A stretch of DNA of 64,000 nt from the NCBI RefSeq assembly GCF_964204645.1, contig NC_134026.1:6471950-6535949 (forward strand). The letters run 5' to 3'. Origin of the DNA: Tubulanus polymorphus. Its lineage: Eukaryota; Animalia; Nemertea. The number at the start of each line of letters is the position of its first letter. The first letter of the stretch is position 1. This document shows, in pieces, positions 24,098 through 37,329 of this stretch. The position numbers and the translations under genes are program-made. The notes beneath the pieces are model-generated. The model was not told where the DNA came from, did not search any database, and worked only from the letters and a program-made list of their open reading frames with translations.

Positions 24098-27000
24098 CCT
24101 ACGAGCATTCTCGTAGAACAAACACAGTTACGAAACAAGCCAAAGTGTTTCGGTTTCATGTTTCGTCTTACTGGTGTGCGGCTGTGTGCGCCATGCTTCA
24201 ATTTACCATCGATACGAATTAATTTGTTTCCAGAAAAAAACGACCCGACGCGACATCAATTAACAATAATATTGGAATATGCAGACACAAATCATTATAA
24301 CTTTTTCTCTCCAAAAGCGTATGGAAAATTCAAACAGTAAAATTGCTTCGGAGTCAGTAGTAAAAGTACATCTGATTTATCGCGTTTTTTAATGTTACAC
24401 AACGCTTAACTATATCTCGATGCACCTGTCGGCGTGTCAATGCGTGAAGAATATCCGAAATACTCGAGAACACCTGCTTAAAAACCACTTCAACAGCTGA
24501 AAATCGACACCTTGTAATTATGTGCTGCTCCTATCTTCTGATATTTAATACGAATTGCTGAAATTACTTCTCAGTGACTTTTAAGCACTTAAAAAATAAA
24601 AAATTCTTGGGTCCAGTAACAGCATGATGTTAGTTATTGAAATAAAAAACGCCATGATTGATTAATTGACGAAAACCAGAAAAAATCTAATTAAGATTAT
24701 TGATTAAAAGCAAATTAATGTAGGCCCTGAGCAGAGTTGTTACACCTGTGGCGAATCATTACAAAACGTGCTTCTAATGTAGGTAATCACCTAATAAGCC
24801 GATTTTATATATGTACAAGCAAAGCGTCGTCTCCTCGAATACTCGTAAATAATGAGAAAACTCCTGTGTATGTTGTGAATACAGTCTGAATGTGACGTAG
24901 AATGATGGAAAATAAGTTCATCGAGTATAGATCGAGAGTGCTTGAGAGGGAAAATGAGGGAAGTCTCAATTTTACAAATTTTGTCTCAACTTACAATAAC
25001 AGCGGATGTGAATGCATTCGTGATCAGTCACCACAAAGGTTGTAGTTAATGTAAGTCATATTGGGACACGAAATTATTACGCTAAGTAAATGTAGAATCC
25101 CCTTCGTAGAGATATATCCTTGAAATGAATTTTAAGCTAAAGGAAATATTTTGGATGTTTTTATCCTTAATGAGCAGGGAATCAAAAACGTCTTTACAAC
25201 GTAGACTCAGAGTGATTCATCAATGATCTTTACGCTAAGCCATGTTGATATGCCGTGTACAAATCTGATACCTAAACAACAAACAGTATATTTGGTAATA
25301 TGTATAAGGTGTCATGCACCAGGAAAACAATATCAAAAACATATCTTGTGTCCACTGAGATCTATAGGTACCCATTTGTAATTCATATTCCCATGTTTAT
25401 TGTCTAGGCGTGGTCACATTAGTTTCCAATATGCATTATAGTCTCTCTATTATACCAAGCATTCTTTGATTCATCTATTTTTTAGTAGTCAACTCCACTT
25501 GACTTCTTTCACTACGAACCAGCTGTTTACAACGAAACGTCGAATATACAATGCTCGCTAAATTCTATATCAATTCCGAACTGCAAGCTACTGTAAACAT
25601 TGATTTCTGTACAAATTTCGAAATTGAATAAAATTGTTTTTTTTTACATACAATCATTTCAATTAACTTTAAGACTCTATTCATATATGCATGTAGACGG
25701 TTTATGGGAAATGAAACACGATCGGAAGAATGAGAGAGCCTTTGAATTACCATCTTTTTGAAATAGTACAGTCATACGTATTCCGATAACCCTCTACTTT
25801 TCGATAAAAGATAACTGCTTCCTGAATACCCCTATGACATCATCAAATTAGCTTATAGTGATTGGATATTTTCCCAGAATGTTTTCTGCGTGAGTCTACA
25901 GATCCGTTTGTTAGTAGACAATTTAATGATGTCGCGGTTTTAGATAGAAGGGTGTTTATCCTGGGATGTTTTTTTTCGAAATTGGAATAAATGGAATTCG
26001 AAAGTAAGGCAGACACAAGTAAGGCAGGTAATTAGTGTAGGATAATGTTTGTCTACCTTTGAAGTCGAAACGTAAATTATCTTACCATCATCTTTACTTT
26101 ACCGTGTGACGACGTTCACAGATGACTAGTTCCTAGGGTGATTATACGCCGAGTAGAATACGACAGGAATCAGCAGTACTTAACGTCGAACTGAAATTGA
26201 TTCTCCCAACCGTCAATCCTACCACGACCACACCATCACATCAGCAGCTCAGAACTCCCGGGGTCGACGACTTTTCAATAGCATCTTTCCAATTAAAAAC
26301 CGCAAATTAATAGAATTCTTTCGGTTGATCAGAATCGCATAAGGCGAGCTGTATTCAGATGCGGTGACAGAGTAACTTCTTCATTCCGTATTCGGCAAAC
26401 CGTGTTATTCAGTACAACAGCGACGCAGGATGCATAAAACCGCTCAAACCTCCACGAAATAAAACACGCGAATCCCAGTCGTTAGAGAACGAGACAGCTT
26501 CTGATGAAAAAAGGTGGAATGTCACCGTGTCGTCATATTAAAACCAGCGATATCAATATCGTAATCCCCGTCATCTGATGGCTGAATTCATGCATATTCA
26601 ACTATGGTGGCGTTATGACAATGTCCGCGTTAAATCCCGCCGTACCAGGTCTGGTAACAACTGTCATTTAGATCATAACCACTGTTTCTATAACCGCCGT
26701 ATACCGCAACGAATCCGAAACATCTGATGTTAGACATTAATACAACACGCAGACAATTTCACGTCAGCCCGCATTATCGTTATGGGACAATTAAACTTTC
26801 GTTAATAATTCAGCAACTAAAGATACATACATTGAAAATGTATCTTACCAGTCGAAAAAATTTTTAACTGAAATCCATGCGAAATTGTTGTTCCTTCATT
26901 TTTTCAGAATTCAAACAGAATTTAAAGTCAAATCGAAACTTGAAAATCAACTTAGTACCTATCTAGCGAGAGACTACGCAATATTTCTAGTGGAGATACG

Positions 27001-28080
27001 TCCTTGGATTGTCTTTAGTCACTGTACCGAATCGATATAACTCCCAAAAACCGAACCACACGTGCTGTCACTCAATACGCCCGACTCTTCACCAGCGCTA
27101 TCGTCTGTAACAAGCTTCACTTATCGTCTGTAGCGACAACAGTCATTACCAGCAAAAACAACATAAAAGTCTTCAACGAAAGACCAGCCGTATATTGTAT
27201 TTAATGAACTCACAGCTATCGTCGTTACAGCGATATCGGGTTTACATTTCATATCAACAAACTAGATACCCGTATCACGTGTAAACAGAAAGTTACACGT
27301 TATAACCCAATTAGAGATTAAAATAGCCTTATATTTTACTAATGGAAATGATGATTTAATGGACGCGAGGAGCTGATCGAGTTTATATTCTCCGTTACCA
27401 TTGGTTCCCCGTGTTTATAAGGCAATCACTCATGACTTGTTTCTGTGCGGTTCATCAATCAGCCTGTATTCAATTAATGTATATGTGATATATTTAGCCA
27501 ATTTTTGTTATAAAGGTGATTTTAAACTGTCCATTGTTTCTATCTGTGTCGCTAAACCAAGATCGACAATCGTCCTAATTCGCATTGATATGTAGGATAT
27601 TGCGTTGGCGGAGCTCTGTTATTTATTCCAACGACTCGCTTTACGCTAATCAAATTATATGAACATATGAAATGATGTCCCCTAAAGATATGGAGACACC
27701 TACGCGTTATCAACCATCTATCGCCTACGCTGAATTAAAAACGGTTTGCACTTGCAATCAATGCGTTCATCAAGAAATTGGGAATGAAATTTGAGCTTTC
27801 GTCTAAAATCACATCCAAATAAGGCTGGATTCAGTTCCATCGTTCCCAGTTCAGTTTGACTCTCGTGATTTGAAATTGGTTTATTTCAAATGTTTCAACC
27901 CTAAAGCCAGACATCAACCGAGAAGTGTGGAACTACGAACATCCGAGAACTGTGGGTCATTAAATCGATTTCAATTTTTTACATGCGCTCCATTTTGATA
28001 CCGGAATGCACCGTACGGGCGTTACGTTATGGAGGACAACTGCATCTACGAATATTAACATATAAAAAAGAAAAAAAAAA

Positions 28081-28256
<176 letters not shown>

Positions 28257-31200
28257 CTTTTTTATATGTACTAGCCTGCGGATATGGTGTTAGTGTAGAT
28301 AAACAATTCGTAATTCGTATAATTCCTTGTGAGGTGGGGGTTCGTTGATCTGCATTTGTATGGTTCTCTTGGATAACGCGATGAACCCGACATACCCCTA
28401 AACCGCCATACACCTCATTAGAGAGAAACACTATTGAGAGTTGTTAATCTGCGAGTATTTGAACGCGGTGAGCGGCTGTGGCCAGGTAAACACTAGTCCA
28501 GTGCCCCGTAACGACATACTGCTACTGATTAACAGTAATGAAAGCTGATATATTGCTTCACTGATTACCATCATGTAGACATCACTTAATCACGTGTCTT
28601 GCGGCGAGATGTGACCTTGACATCGTGCCCAGTAACTGTGACGTAACAAAAGCATCTATCAGAGTTTTATAAAAATGACATGAAGCCGGGTTTTTTTGTC
28701 GTTTTACGCAGCGCCGTTTGAGGGGAGGATTTAAGACTACGTCTGGTGGTGATCAATTATAGAGACTTTGGCCGGCACCCAAACCAGTCGAATTCGTGCG
28801 AGTGAAGAAGACTTGGTTATTTAGAGGAAGCTCCGATCAGAACTATTCAGATTTGAGTCGGCTTTACTGGCTACAGAGTTGTGTTCTGTTCCGAGTCATC
28901 AGCAGCAACACGTGGGAACTAACTGCTCATACCGAATGGATGAATTACTTCTCAGACTAGGAGAAAATCTATCCGTTAAACGACGTCCTTCATGCTGAAT
29001 AGTTGTGAATAATGTATTAGGGCAATGATCAGTAAATCACGGATATGTGAAATTACTGGCCGATTATCGTAACCATTTCCACGAGATATTACATGTAAAA
29101 TACAGCGCTTTAAACGACGCGTAGATTTTATCAGACGAATTTCAGCAATTCGGCGCCCGAAGGCTTTGAGAGAATGTCTTAAACGGCGTCTTCGCTTGCA
29201 CCTCGCGGGATTGCGTTCAACCCCCAACTGGCTTGAAGATTAATTGTCTTGTCGCTGAGCGCGATTCGCCGATAGCGCGCAGGATCGGAATTACAGATTT
29301 CAAGACAAAGTAGAATTCACCGCAGAACCGCCAGTTTGATGAATAATTTTCATTGCCGCATTTCTTTTTGTCGTAAAAAGAAATGAAATTTGGCCGGAAC
29401 GCTGCGGCCAATTACAATCGGTTTTTTATAACTCGCTCAAACTCTTCTGATAATCATGATGCAATCATTATCATCGATGTTACTTGACGTATTGGTTAAA
29501 TATAAGAGTGAGAGTGTTCAGACAATCCGACGCTCCAACGCCGTCACACCCACAGCATTCTGACACTCGAGCTCGTACTGTAAAACACTCAGACACCTAC
29601 ATTATTGAGACACACATACACCTACATCAATCAGGCACTCAGACCGCTAAAAAACTGTTAGACTATTCGGTGGTTATTTGATATTTGGCGGATAGAAGCC
29701 ACAGGAGAAATACGAGATATGAATTGTATATTGTGACCAGGGAATATTACATTTCATATCACACCATCAGTATCATCTCAATCATTGATCCGCGTTTTTT
29801 GCGTAGGAACAGATGGAAATCTATTTATCAACTTTCAGATTTGCAAATATTTACTGAAATATGGTATACCTTCTACAAAGAAACAAATTATTTTCTTCGA
29901 TAAACCGTATGATCTTAAACATTTCAGCAATACATATCTACGTATATTAGATGGCGGGTAGTAGGCTGTTTTGTATTTGATTTTGTAAGTCGTTTTGTTC
30001 TGTATATTTTGATACGATCACCTGGCGCCGGATTTATATCAATTTATGCAGATTTAATCTACGTAAGGCTTACTTACGTATTAAACGTTCCGGATAGAAA
30101 ATCCACTCGGCGAAACGTACTTCTAACGAAGGTGTTAATTCCGAGATAAATCTCTACACAAAGTCCTTCTCTATAAACCTTCTTGATAATAGCCTACAAT
30201 GCCGTTTAATGGCATCTAACTGTAGAACTTTCACGATTTATAGATCTTCCCAGGGATCTGATGCACTCAATCAGTCGCTTTACGATTCGGAGTTTATGAA
30301 TCCACAAGTGATTCGTTGGTCATTTAATAGATCTGTGTTCAATTAATGAAGCGACGGCCATAACGAGTTGATTCTGTATACTGTGTTATTAGATAGTTAT
30401 TAGATAAACCAGGTTTATTCGTATTGATATGTATACGTGACCGTGTTGGATTTATTTCAACATATACTATACTCCCCATATTTGTATAAACTCTCCAGGA
30501 CCTGCCTCTGCAGCTGCTAAATCTAAACGATATATTAACAACGTAGCCTATCGGTGGTTTATTTCCCGCACAACCTGTGACAGCCTCTGGTGAAATACTG
30601 TTCAACAATATCATACTGAATAATATGAAATTCCACACGGAAGAATAAAACGAGAGTTCGAAATGTTTCCTGGGACAAATAATTTATTCGATGTTTGTAT
30701 TTTGTATTTCATTTTGAAATCTCATTACAATTTCGATATAACATGCGAACAAAATAAGAATGAGATTGATAAGAATTAGTTTCGACTTAATCTTAGTAGT
30801 CATCTTCAGGAATGTGGAATATCAAATGCAGGTCATCTGCGAAGATGACTATCAGGTTGTAGCTGAAACGTCGAATAAACTACTAGCTAAAGGAAACATT
30901 TATAGAATCTATTTATGAAATTGTCTGAAAAAACGTTATCAATTAATACAGAATATTCTAAAATGTTTATGTATGTTTGCAGTTATAAAAATGAAACACG
31001 ATGATCAGGTTCATTGTGTTTCAATATGAGAATGTTGGTATTGTCCGGTGACACATGATCTGGGTCTTTCTTCGCTCGGCGCAATGTTTGAATCTGTGTT
31101 AAGTTGGTACGTGGACACGGCAAGTAGACAGTTATAGCTAACACAGCAAATCTGATATCATACCCGGCAAATAATGCTACAAAAAATGAGGTGGCGTTGA

Positions 31201-34200
31201 AAACCTCTCAGACACGACTGGGAATTCTAAATAATTAATCCTCAACATAGCACAATAAACCTTTATTTCGCCCTCGCGTGTCACGTGGGCGGCTCCGATA
31301 AAACTCTGAAAGCATCTATGTTTGTAAATAAACCTGATCCATTTCTAAAAGAGCGGATTCATCCGATTTTAACGACAAAAATGTTTTTAAAAAATTGTGA
31401 TTTGCTTATCAAAAGAAGGTGCAGTCATCAACATTGTCAACTGACGCTTTATCCCATATTCAGAAATAGAATATTAATTCAGGTTTTTTCTGATGTATAT
31501 TTAGCCTCTCGTCAGTCATATTGTCATCAGCCTCCTACGCTTAGCAGTTTTTCATAAAATCCTGTTGCCGTTCTGATACCGTTCTCGTTCCGTTCTCGTA
31601 CCGCCATTAGGTGATACACAAATAGAACACGTCGCATTATTGCTATCCCTCGATACTTGAGGAAGATATTGCTAGTATATATGTATGTCTCTACGCCGCG
31701 TTAATCGGACTCACGCGAAGATAACTGAATATCTCGTCCTTGCTGTTGCGTGATGATTTTATCAACTCGTATATATTGTGTATCAGATTCCGCACACTTG
31801 TAATATGATCTGTAGCTATTGAAGAGTACGTATTATAGGAGATAGTTTTACGCAAATACGATAAGGCGCTGTATATTACCCCTGGCCAAGCGGACTAGTT
31901 CTATAGGTCTACTGGTTACAGCACGCTTGGCTTTGGTGCACGATACCCGGGTTAAAAACCCCAGTGAATCCATTAAACTACATATATATTGTCCTAATCC
32001 TTCCTAAATGCTCATCGTAAAATCTTCTCTATTTTTAAGAAAGCAGAAATTTCTCCTCGTAAACAAAAACATGTTTGTTTTGGTTGAGATCGTTATTGCG
32101 GATTCTTATTCTAGCGTGTTCCAAACACTTTGGTCAATCAGGCGATGTCTGGCGTCAACTTCCGGTTACAGGAAGTCGATCGAAACGACTGCAGCCGGTA
32201 TCAGAATAGACCGTCAACACACTTCATAAACACGACCAAAAACCAGCTTGCAACTAGCCTGACTTAGAAACCAGCCAACGCCAGCCGGCCAGAATCCAAA
32301 ACCAGCCAAACTGAGAACCAGCCAGAAACAAGCCAGAGTGAAAATCACCCAACGCCAGACAGCCTGAGAAACAAGTCAAGAAACCGGCCGGACTGAGATC
32401 TATCATTTGTAACCAGCTAGTCTCCACCGAAACACCAGTCATGTAGTTTACTAAGAAACCATCGAAGTCGACTCGGGTATGTCGGATAACTTAGGACGAC
32501 CCGCCTTTTGATTATGCAATTCAGTCTTGAAGTGTCGATCTGTCTTATTACAAGATTAATCACTTTTCACAGACGATTATTGCTGAATGAAATTTCAACT
32601 CTGGGGATCGATATGACTTGATACCGCGTAATAAATCAGTCAAAATATCGACAGATTCAGTCTCTGGATGGGAACAGTTCCCGATTAGTGGGAAAGGTGA
32701 ATCGTTCGTCATTGAATTTACGAGGTAAACACTCAACAAGATTATCGTAATTACGAGAAGAGAATATGAGGTTCTTGGCTAGGGAGAGGTCTCTTAATTA
32801 CGGGCAGTAGAGGTTTCCAGGAAACTATTATCCACTAGAATTTGAGCTGCATTAGTTTCGAGCTGGGAAATACAAATTTGCGCTTGAAATGGCTTTCGCG
32901 AACCGTGATAACAATGTATACACACTCGTCAGCGCAGGGACGCGATATTTATTACAATAAACAGGTTGCTGCAATCGGGGAAACTTTTGAACCAGATTTT
33001 AGACATTCATTGCAGGTCTTCGCTTCGTGGAAAACGACGAGAAAAGAAAACAATGTATTTAGCATAACATCAAATCTGCAATCAAATAAATAAGATGGAT
33101 GATTCTACATTTCAATAGAAAGCGGAGGCTATGGTTTAATCGATCTGTTTCTTAAGTGTCATTGAGATTGACCCACAATATCAATTTAAACGACTTTGTT
33201 TATCTTTGAATTTTCAAATAAACTCTGAAGATAGGTGAAAGGATTTCTCCCGACAAATAAGAAAAGAAAAACAATAGCAGTTGTTTAAATTGATATTGTA
33301 GGTTTCTCTCAATGGTATTCATCAAGGCTGGAAATAGTCTCAAGTATTTACAACCGTTTCTTGAAACTTGATTGTGAACCCCCGGAAAATGAAACTATAG
33401 TCTATAAAATCACTCCCACAATTCATTCAGTAATGCTTACGGGGGAGGGATAGGCAGTAGTAGAGACTGCTGTTGTTTGCGTCTAGATTCGTTTCACAGT
33501 CGGTCACCCTCGACAAACCACGCACGCAACAACAACATTTATCACACGCTCACTAGTATCCAAATTATCGGGAATCGCTGATGTAGGTTCATAAAAAAAC
33601 GCTAGAAATCCGAGCCGCGTGGAGAGGTTTCACCTAACATAACAGTAGATCAGAAGTTCGTGTCAAATTATGCGATCGGAATTACCTGCTATCTCTTGAC
33701 CGATAGTGGTTAGATGTAATTACTATGTTCGACAAGCGTGCAGCCTCTGTGACGCTCGTACCTTTGAAAAATAGTTACCGGCAAAAGACCGATAATATTC
33801 TTCATCTGCGTCGCAGAATTTATCACCGCTTCTCGTTTACGCGATTGATATGATGAATACTTGATAAGAACCGGTAAATCAGAGTGAAATTGTGGCCCGT
33901 TTCACAGGGTCACTTCAAGTTTATCATAGTTATACTACTGCTGCTAAGTACGACATTAAGTCAACCACTGAATATATACTTAAAATCCGATACTAAGAAC
34001 AAGATATAACAATGTGGTAGTAATATCTTACCTTCCAGAATCTAAAAGGGGCAAAAAATTCGAGTTGCTAATTGAATGCAGTTATCCTTGGAAATGTAGC
34101 TCTGGCAGCTCTTGCATTTACTAATAACGTATTGATTCTTAGTTCAATTTCAATGAACTTGATTAATCATCATATAGTACCATTCTTTTAGGTTCAGATC

Positions 34201-35797
34201 ATAGATTTAGATATAAATATTTCGCGCTCTATTCATCATTTGTATGGGATTTTACACAATCTAGACAACACGGACTCTGAGTGTTTGATGAATGGTTCCT
34301 ACTTATCACATTGTGAAACAATTAGTGCGTTATGATCAACAATGACATAAAATAGAATAGCATGAATTTTTCAGTGAGTAGTTCCGTCGTTTGGTTCTAC
34401 TGTTATCATGTGTATATATCATGCATCAAATAAATGAAAATTCTAATCTGAAATTTAACATAAAAATCCTGATTTGAATTCTAATTGACCAATGTTGACC
34501 TGCAGCCCTATATAGATTATGACTGACGCCAGCTGTCGTCTGCATATAGAATGCATACACTTAGGACCGGTTTCAATTAGTTTGCCCGACCAAAATGAAA
34601 TTCATCTATTAAGTTTTGACAGCCATACAACGTGTAACTGCGACCCGGCGTAAAATGTATCATTTTCAATTTCTGAATTAGCGCTAAATTCTTGTAGCTC
34701 AAGGAAACATTTCGGACTTTATTTTTTATTCACAGTGTGATATTTACTCCATTAACGTCACAAGCAAACAGAGTATTTCATCAATGGTTATCTTACTAAC
34801 GTATTCGATATCAATTAAGAATTATATTTTTTCTTCTATTGTATTCTTATGCATCTTAGAATAAACTATTTACTTCACCTAATCTACGAAATTTGTTACC
34901 TGTCTAGCTTTACTTATCCCGAGAATCAGTTGGCACTGCTGTAAGCGATGTCTTCTCTTTGGATACTGATATCCGATGTATCGGTTTTATACCGATCTTG
35001 AGCGTCCCGCGCACGAGTGAAACCTCTAACGGCAGAATGAGATCGGAAAAAACTGCAAATAACCTTCAATCGAACGGTCGTCAGACAGCTTTTGAATCGA
35101 GTAAATTATTGTGTTTTCTTTGAACTAACTCATAAATTTGAGGTAAATACTAAAAAGAAAGATAAGCTTTTGACTAGGAATTACATAGATAATCCACAGA
35201 CTTCAGTCCCACGTTATTTCGGTTAAAATTAATGTAAAATACATTGGAAATAAATCAGCCGTAATCTAAAAGGTTTCGGGAGGTCTCCATTAACGTATTT
35301 ATGCATTTGCTTAACGTGACATTATGTGATGGCAATCCGATATAAGAGAATATCTTATGTAAAATGCTGCCAGAACAAGTAATTAACATAATCGATGCAT
35401 GTTTGATTTAAATATCGTATGCGATGTGAATTGTTTATTTGAGAAATGTTTTTCGTGTTAACAGTTTCAAATACGCGTTCAGTTGATTTGACGCTGAGGT
35501 TTTTTCTGTTTCTTATTGACAAATTGGAGAATCTGGCGGTGACAGGGTCGTGGAATAAATCGCAGCTATTCGGTTTCATCTTCGATTTGACGGTTCTTCT
35601 CTTTGACTGCTTTGTTCAGGGCTCTCACTAACACGCACGTGAACCGAAACTCGAGATTTGAAAGGCATCACAATCCGTGTTTGACGACTGGATCACGCAG
35701 TCTAGCCGATATCGCGTGACTCTCGCGTTATCCCCGGCGCTACAGTCGTCTCCAAATTCGAACAACATTTCAGTTGAAAACGCGCTGCCGTGCAGAA

Positions 35798-36732
35798 ATG
35801 GCATCGAATGTCTCTTCTCAAGCAACTTTGAAGCCGTTGAGAGAATTCTTAGGTTACGTGCCGTATTTAGAACCGATCCTGATCGCTATCGGTGCATTTT
35901 TTCTGACCGTGAGTTTTTTCGGCAATTTCACGATCGCATTTGTTTTCAACGGTAAAAACCTTCGTAAAACCTCGTACTCGATTCTGTTCACGACTCTCGC
36001 CGTTTCCGACACGATCTATTTAAGTGTCACGTGTCCGCGACGCGTAGTTCAATGGGTGACGGTTTATCAAACTGATATCGTAAGGAATTCACCAGCGATT
36101 GTGTGTAAAATTCAGAAATATCTGGCCTATTGCACGGCAATGTTGTCGGCTTGGGTTCTGGTCATTATAAGCATTGAACGCTGCATCTCGGTCGCTTTGC
36201 CGATGAAAGCGAAAACAATTTGTACGCGGAAGAATATCCGCATCGCTCTGGCGGTCGTAGCGATCCCGATACTGGCAGTGAACGGTCACTACCCTTACGG
36301 TTGGTGCCCGTTTGTAGTTGATAGCAAATACCATCAAATCGAACAATATTTAGAGACTTTAGATCTGGTGTTGAGTGTCGCAGTGCCGTTTACCGTTTCT
36401 ATAACCAGTAATATCATAATCATCGTTTTAATGAGAAGGTCCAGACATGAACGTGAGGTTTTAGGCACCGGAGGTTTTAGGCACCGAAAAGTAAAATCGA
36501 TAGTGTCACTTTTATGTTACTGACGACAAATTTTACATTTATCATCCTAACCATGCCGTTTACGCTGTACATATCGATACCTAAAATACGTTATCCCGGG
36601 ATTATCGTTGACGCTGTTATCAATTTCTTTTCGTACGCGAATTACGGAATCAATTTCTGGTTGTATTGCATTAGCGGACCGAGATTTCGTCGCGAGATGG
36701 TACAAATGTTACGCTCCTGCTGTAGTAATTAA
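35798..36732 (+). pseudogene. Single-exon class A peptide-type GPCR (FMRFamide-receptor-like invertebrate expansion), frameshifted in ICL3
   Basis: ATG at 35798 (MASNVSS) follows an acceptor at 35773. Motifs: SFFGN (TM1), LAVSD (TM2), CKIQKYL...LSAWVLVIISIERCISVALPMKAKTICT (TM3/ICL2), VPF (TM5). TM6-TM7 (FMLLTTNFTFIILTMP...NYGINFWLYCISGPRFRREM) are in a different frame, and the switch falls at the duplicated GAGGTTTTAGGCACCG (36455-36486). Confidence 0.85.
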
Positions 36733-37329
36733 GTGTTTCGTTGTCAGCACGAAAATCGAACGAAAATTCACAGCATCGAAATACTGAAATACACGCATTA
36801 TGAAGTCACGTATAGTTTGTATGTCCCCAGGGGTAGATTTATTTATCCAAAAGATTGCTCCAAATGAAAGAGCATAAGGTCCGAATTAGTTCGGTTCGAT
36901 TAAAACCCGATTTTTGAAAAAATGATTTACACAAAAGGAGAGCTTCCGACCCGTATTTTCTCAAGACAAATAAATGCATGCATTCATTGATTGTGCTCGT
37001 AATAACACTTAGATGACGGAATGGTAATGATAGAAGTATGACACCATCTGATTTATCGATAGCAAAAAGCAAAGGTTCCCAAATGATGATCTTAGATGTT
37101 GTCTACCAGTCGTCCTCCAATCGTAGATCCACTTTCACCGATAGCAAAGATTTCGTTGACAAGATTTTATATTATATTTGATATATTCAATAACGAAATG
37201 AAAATATAACAAAGACGCCATTATAGACCGTTCGGGGTGTAGTGTTACAATTCAAATCTTTAAACAGGTTCGAACCCAAAATGTTGTCGTTCTTATATAT
37301 ATACGTACATGGTTCCCGCGTGCTACCGT

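Noticed and set aside
26081-26850. Two good minus-strand splice-donor motifs
   Set aside because: No open frame or recognisable protein found; non-coding exons cannot be supported without RNA data.
30339-30638. 99-aa ORF with a hydrophobic N-terminus
   Set aside because: Non-ATG start, no motif and no splice support.
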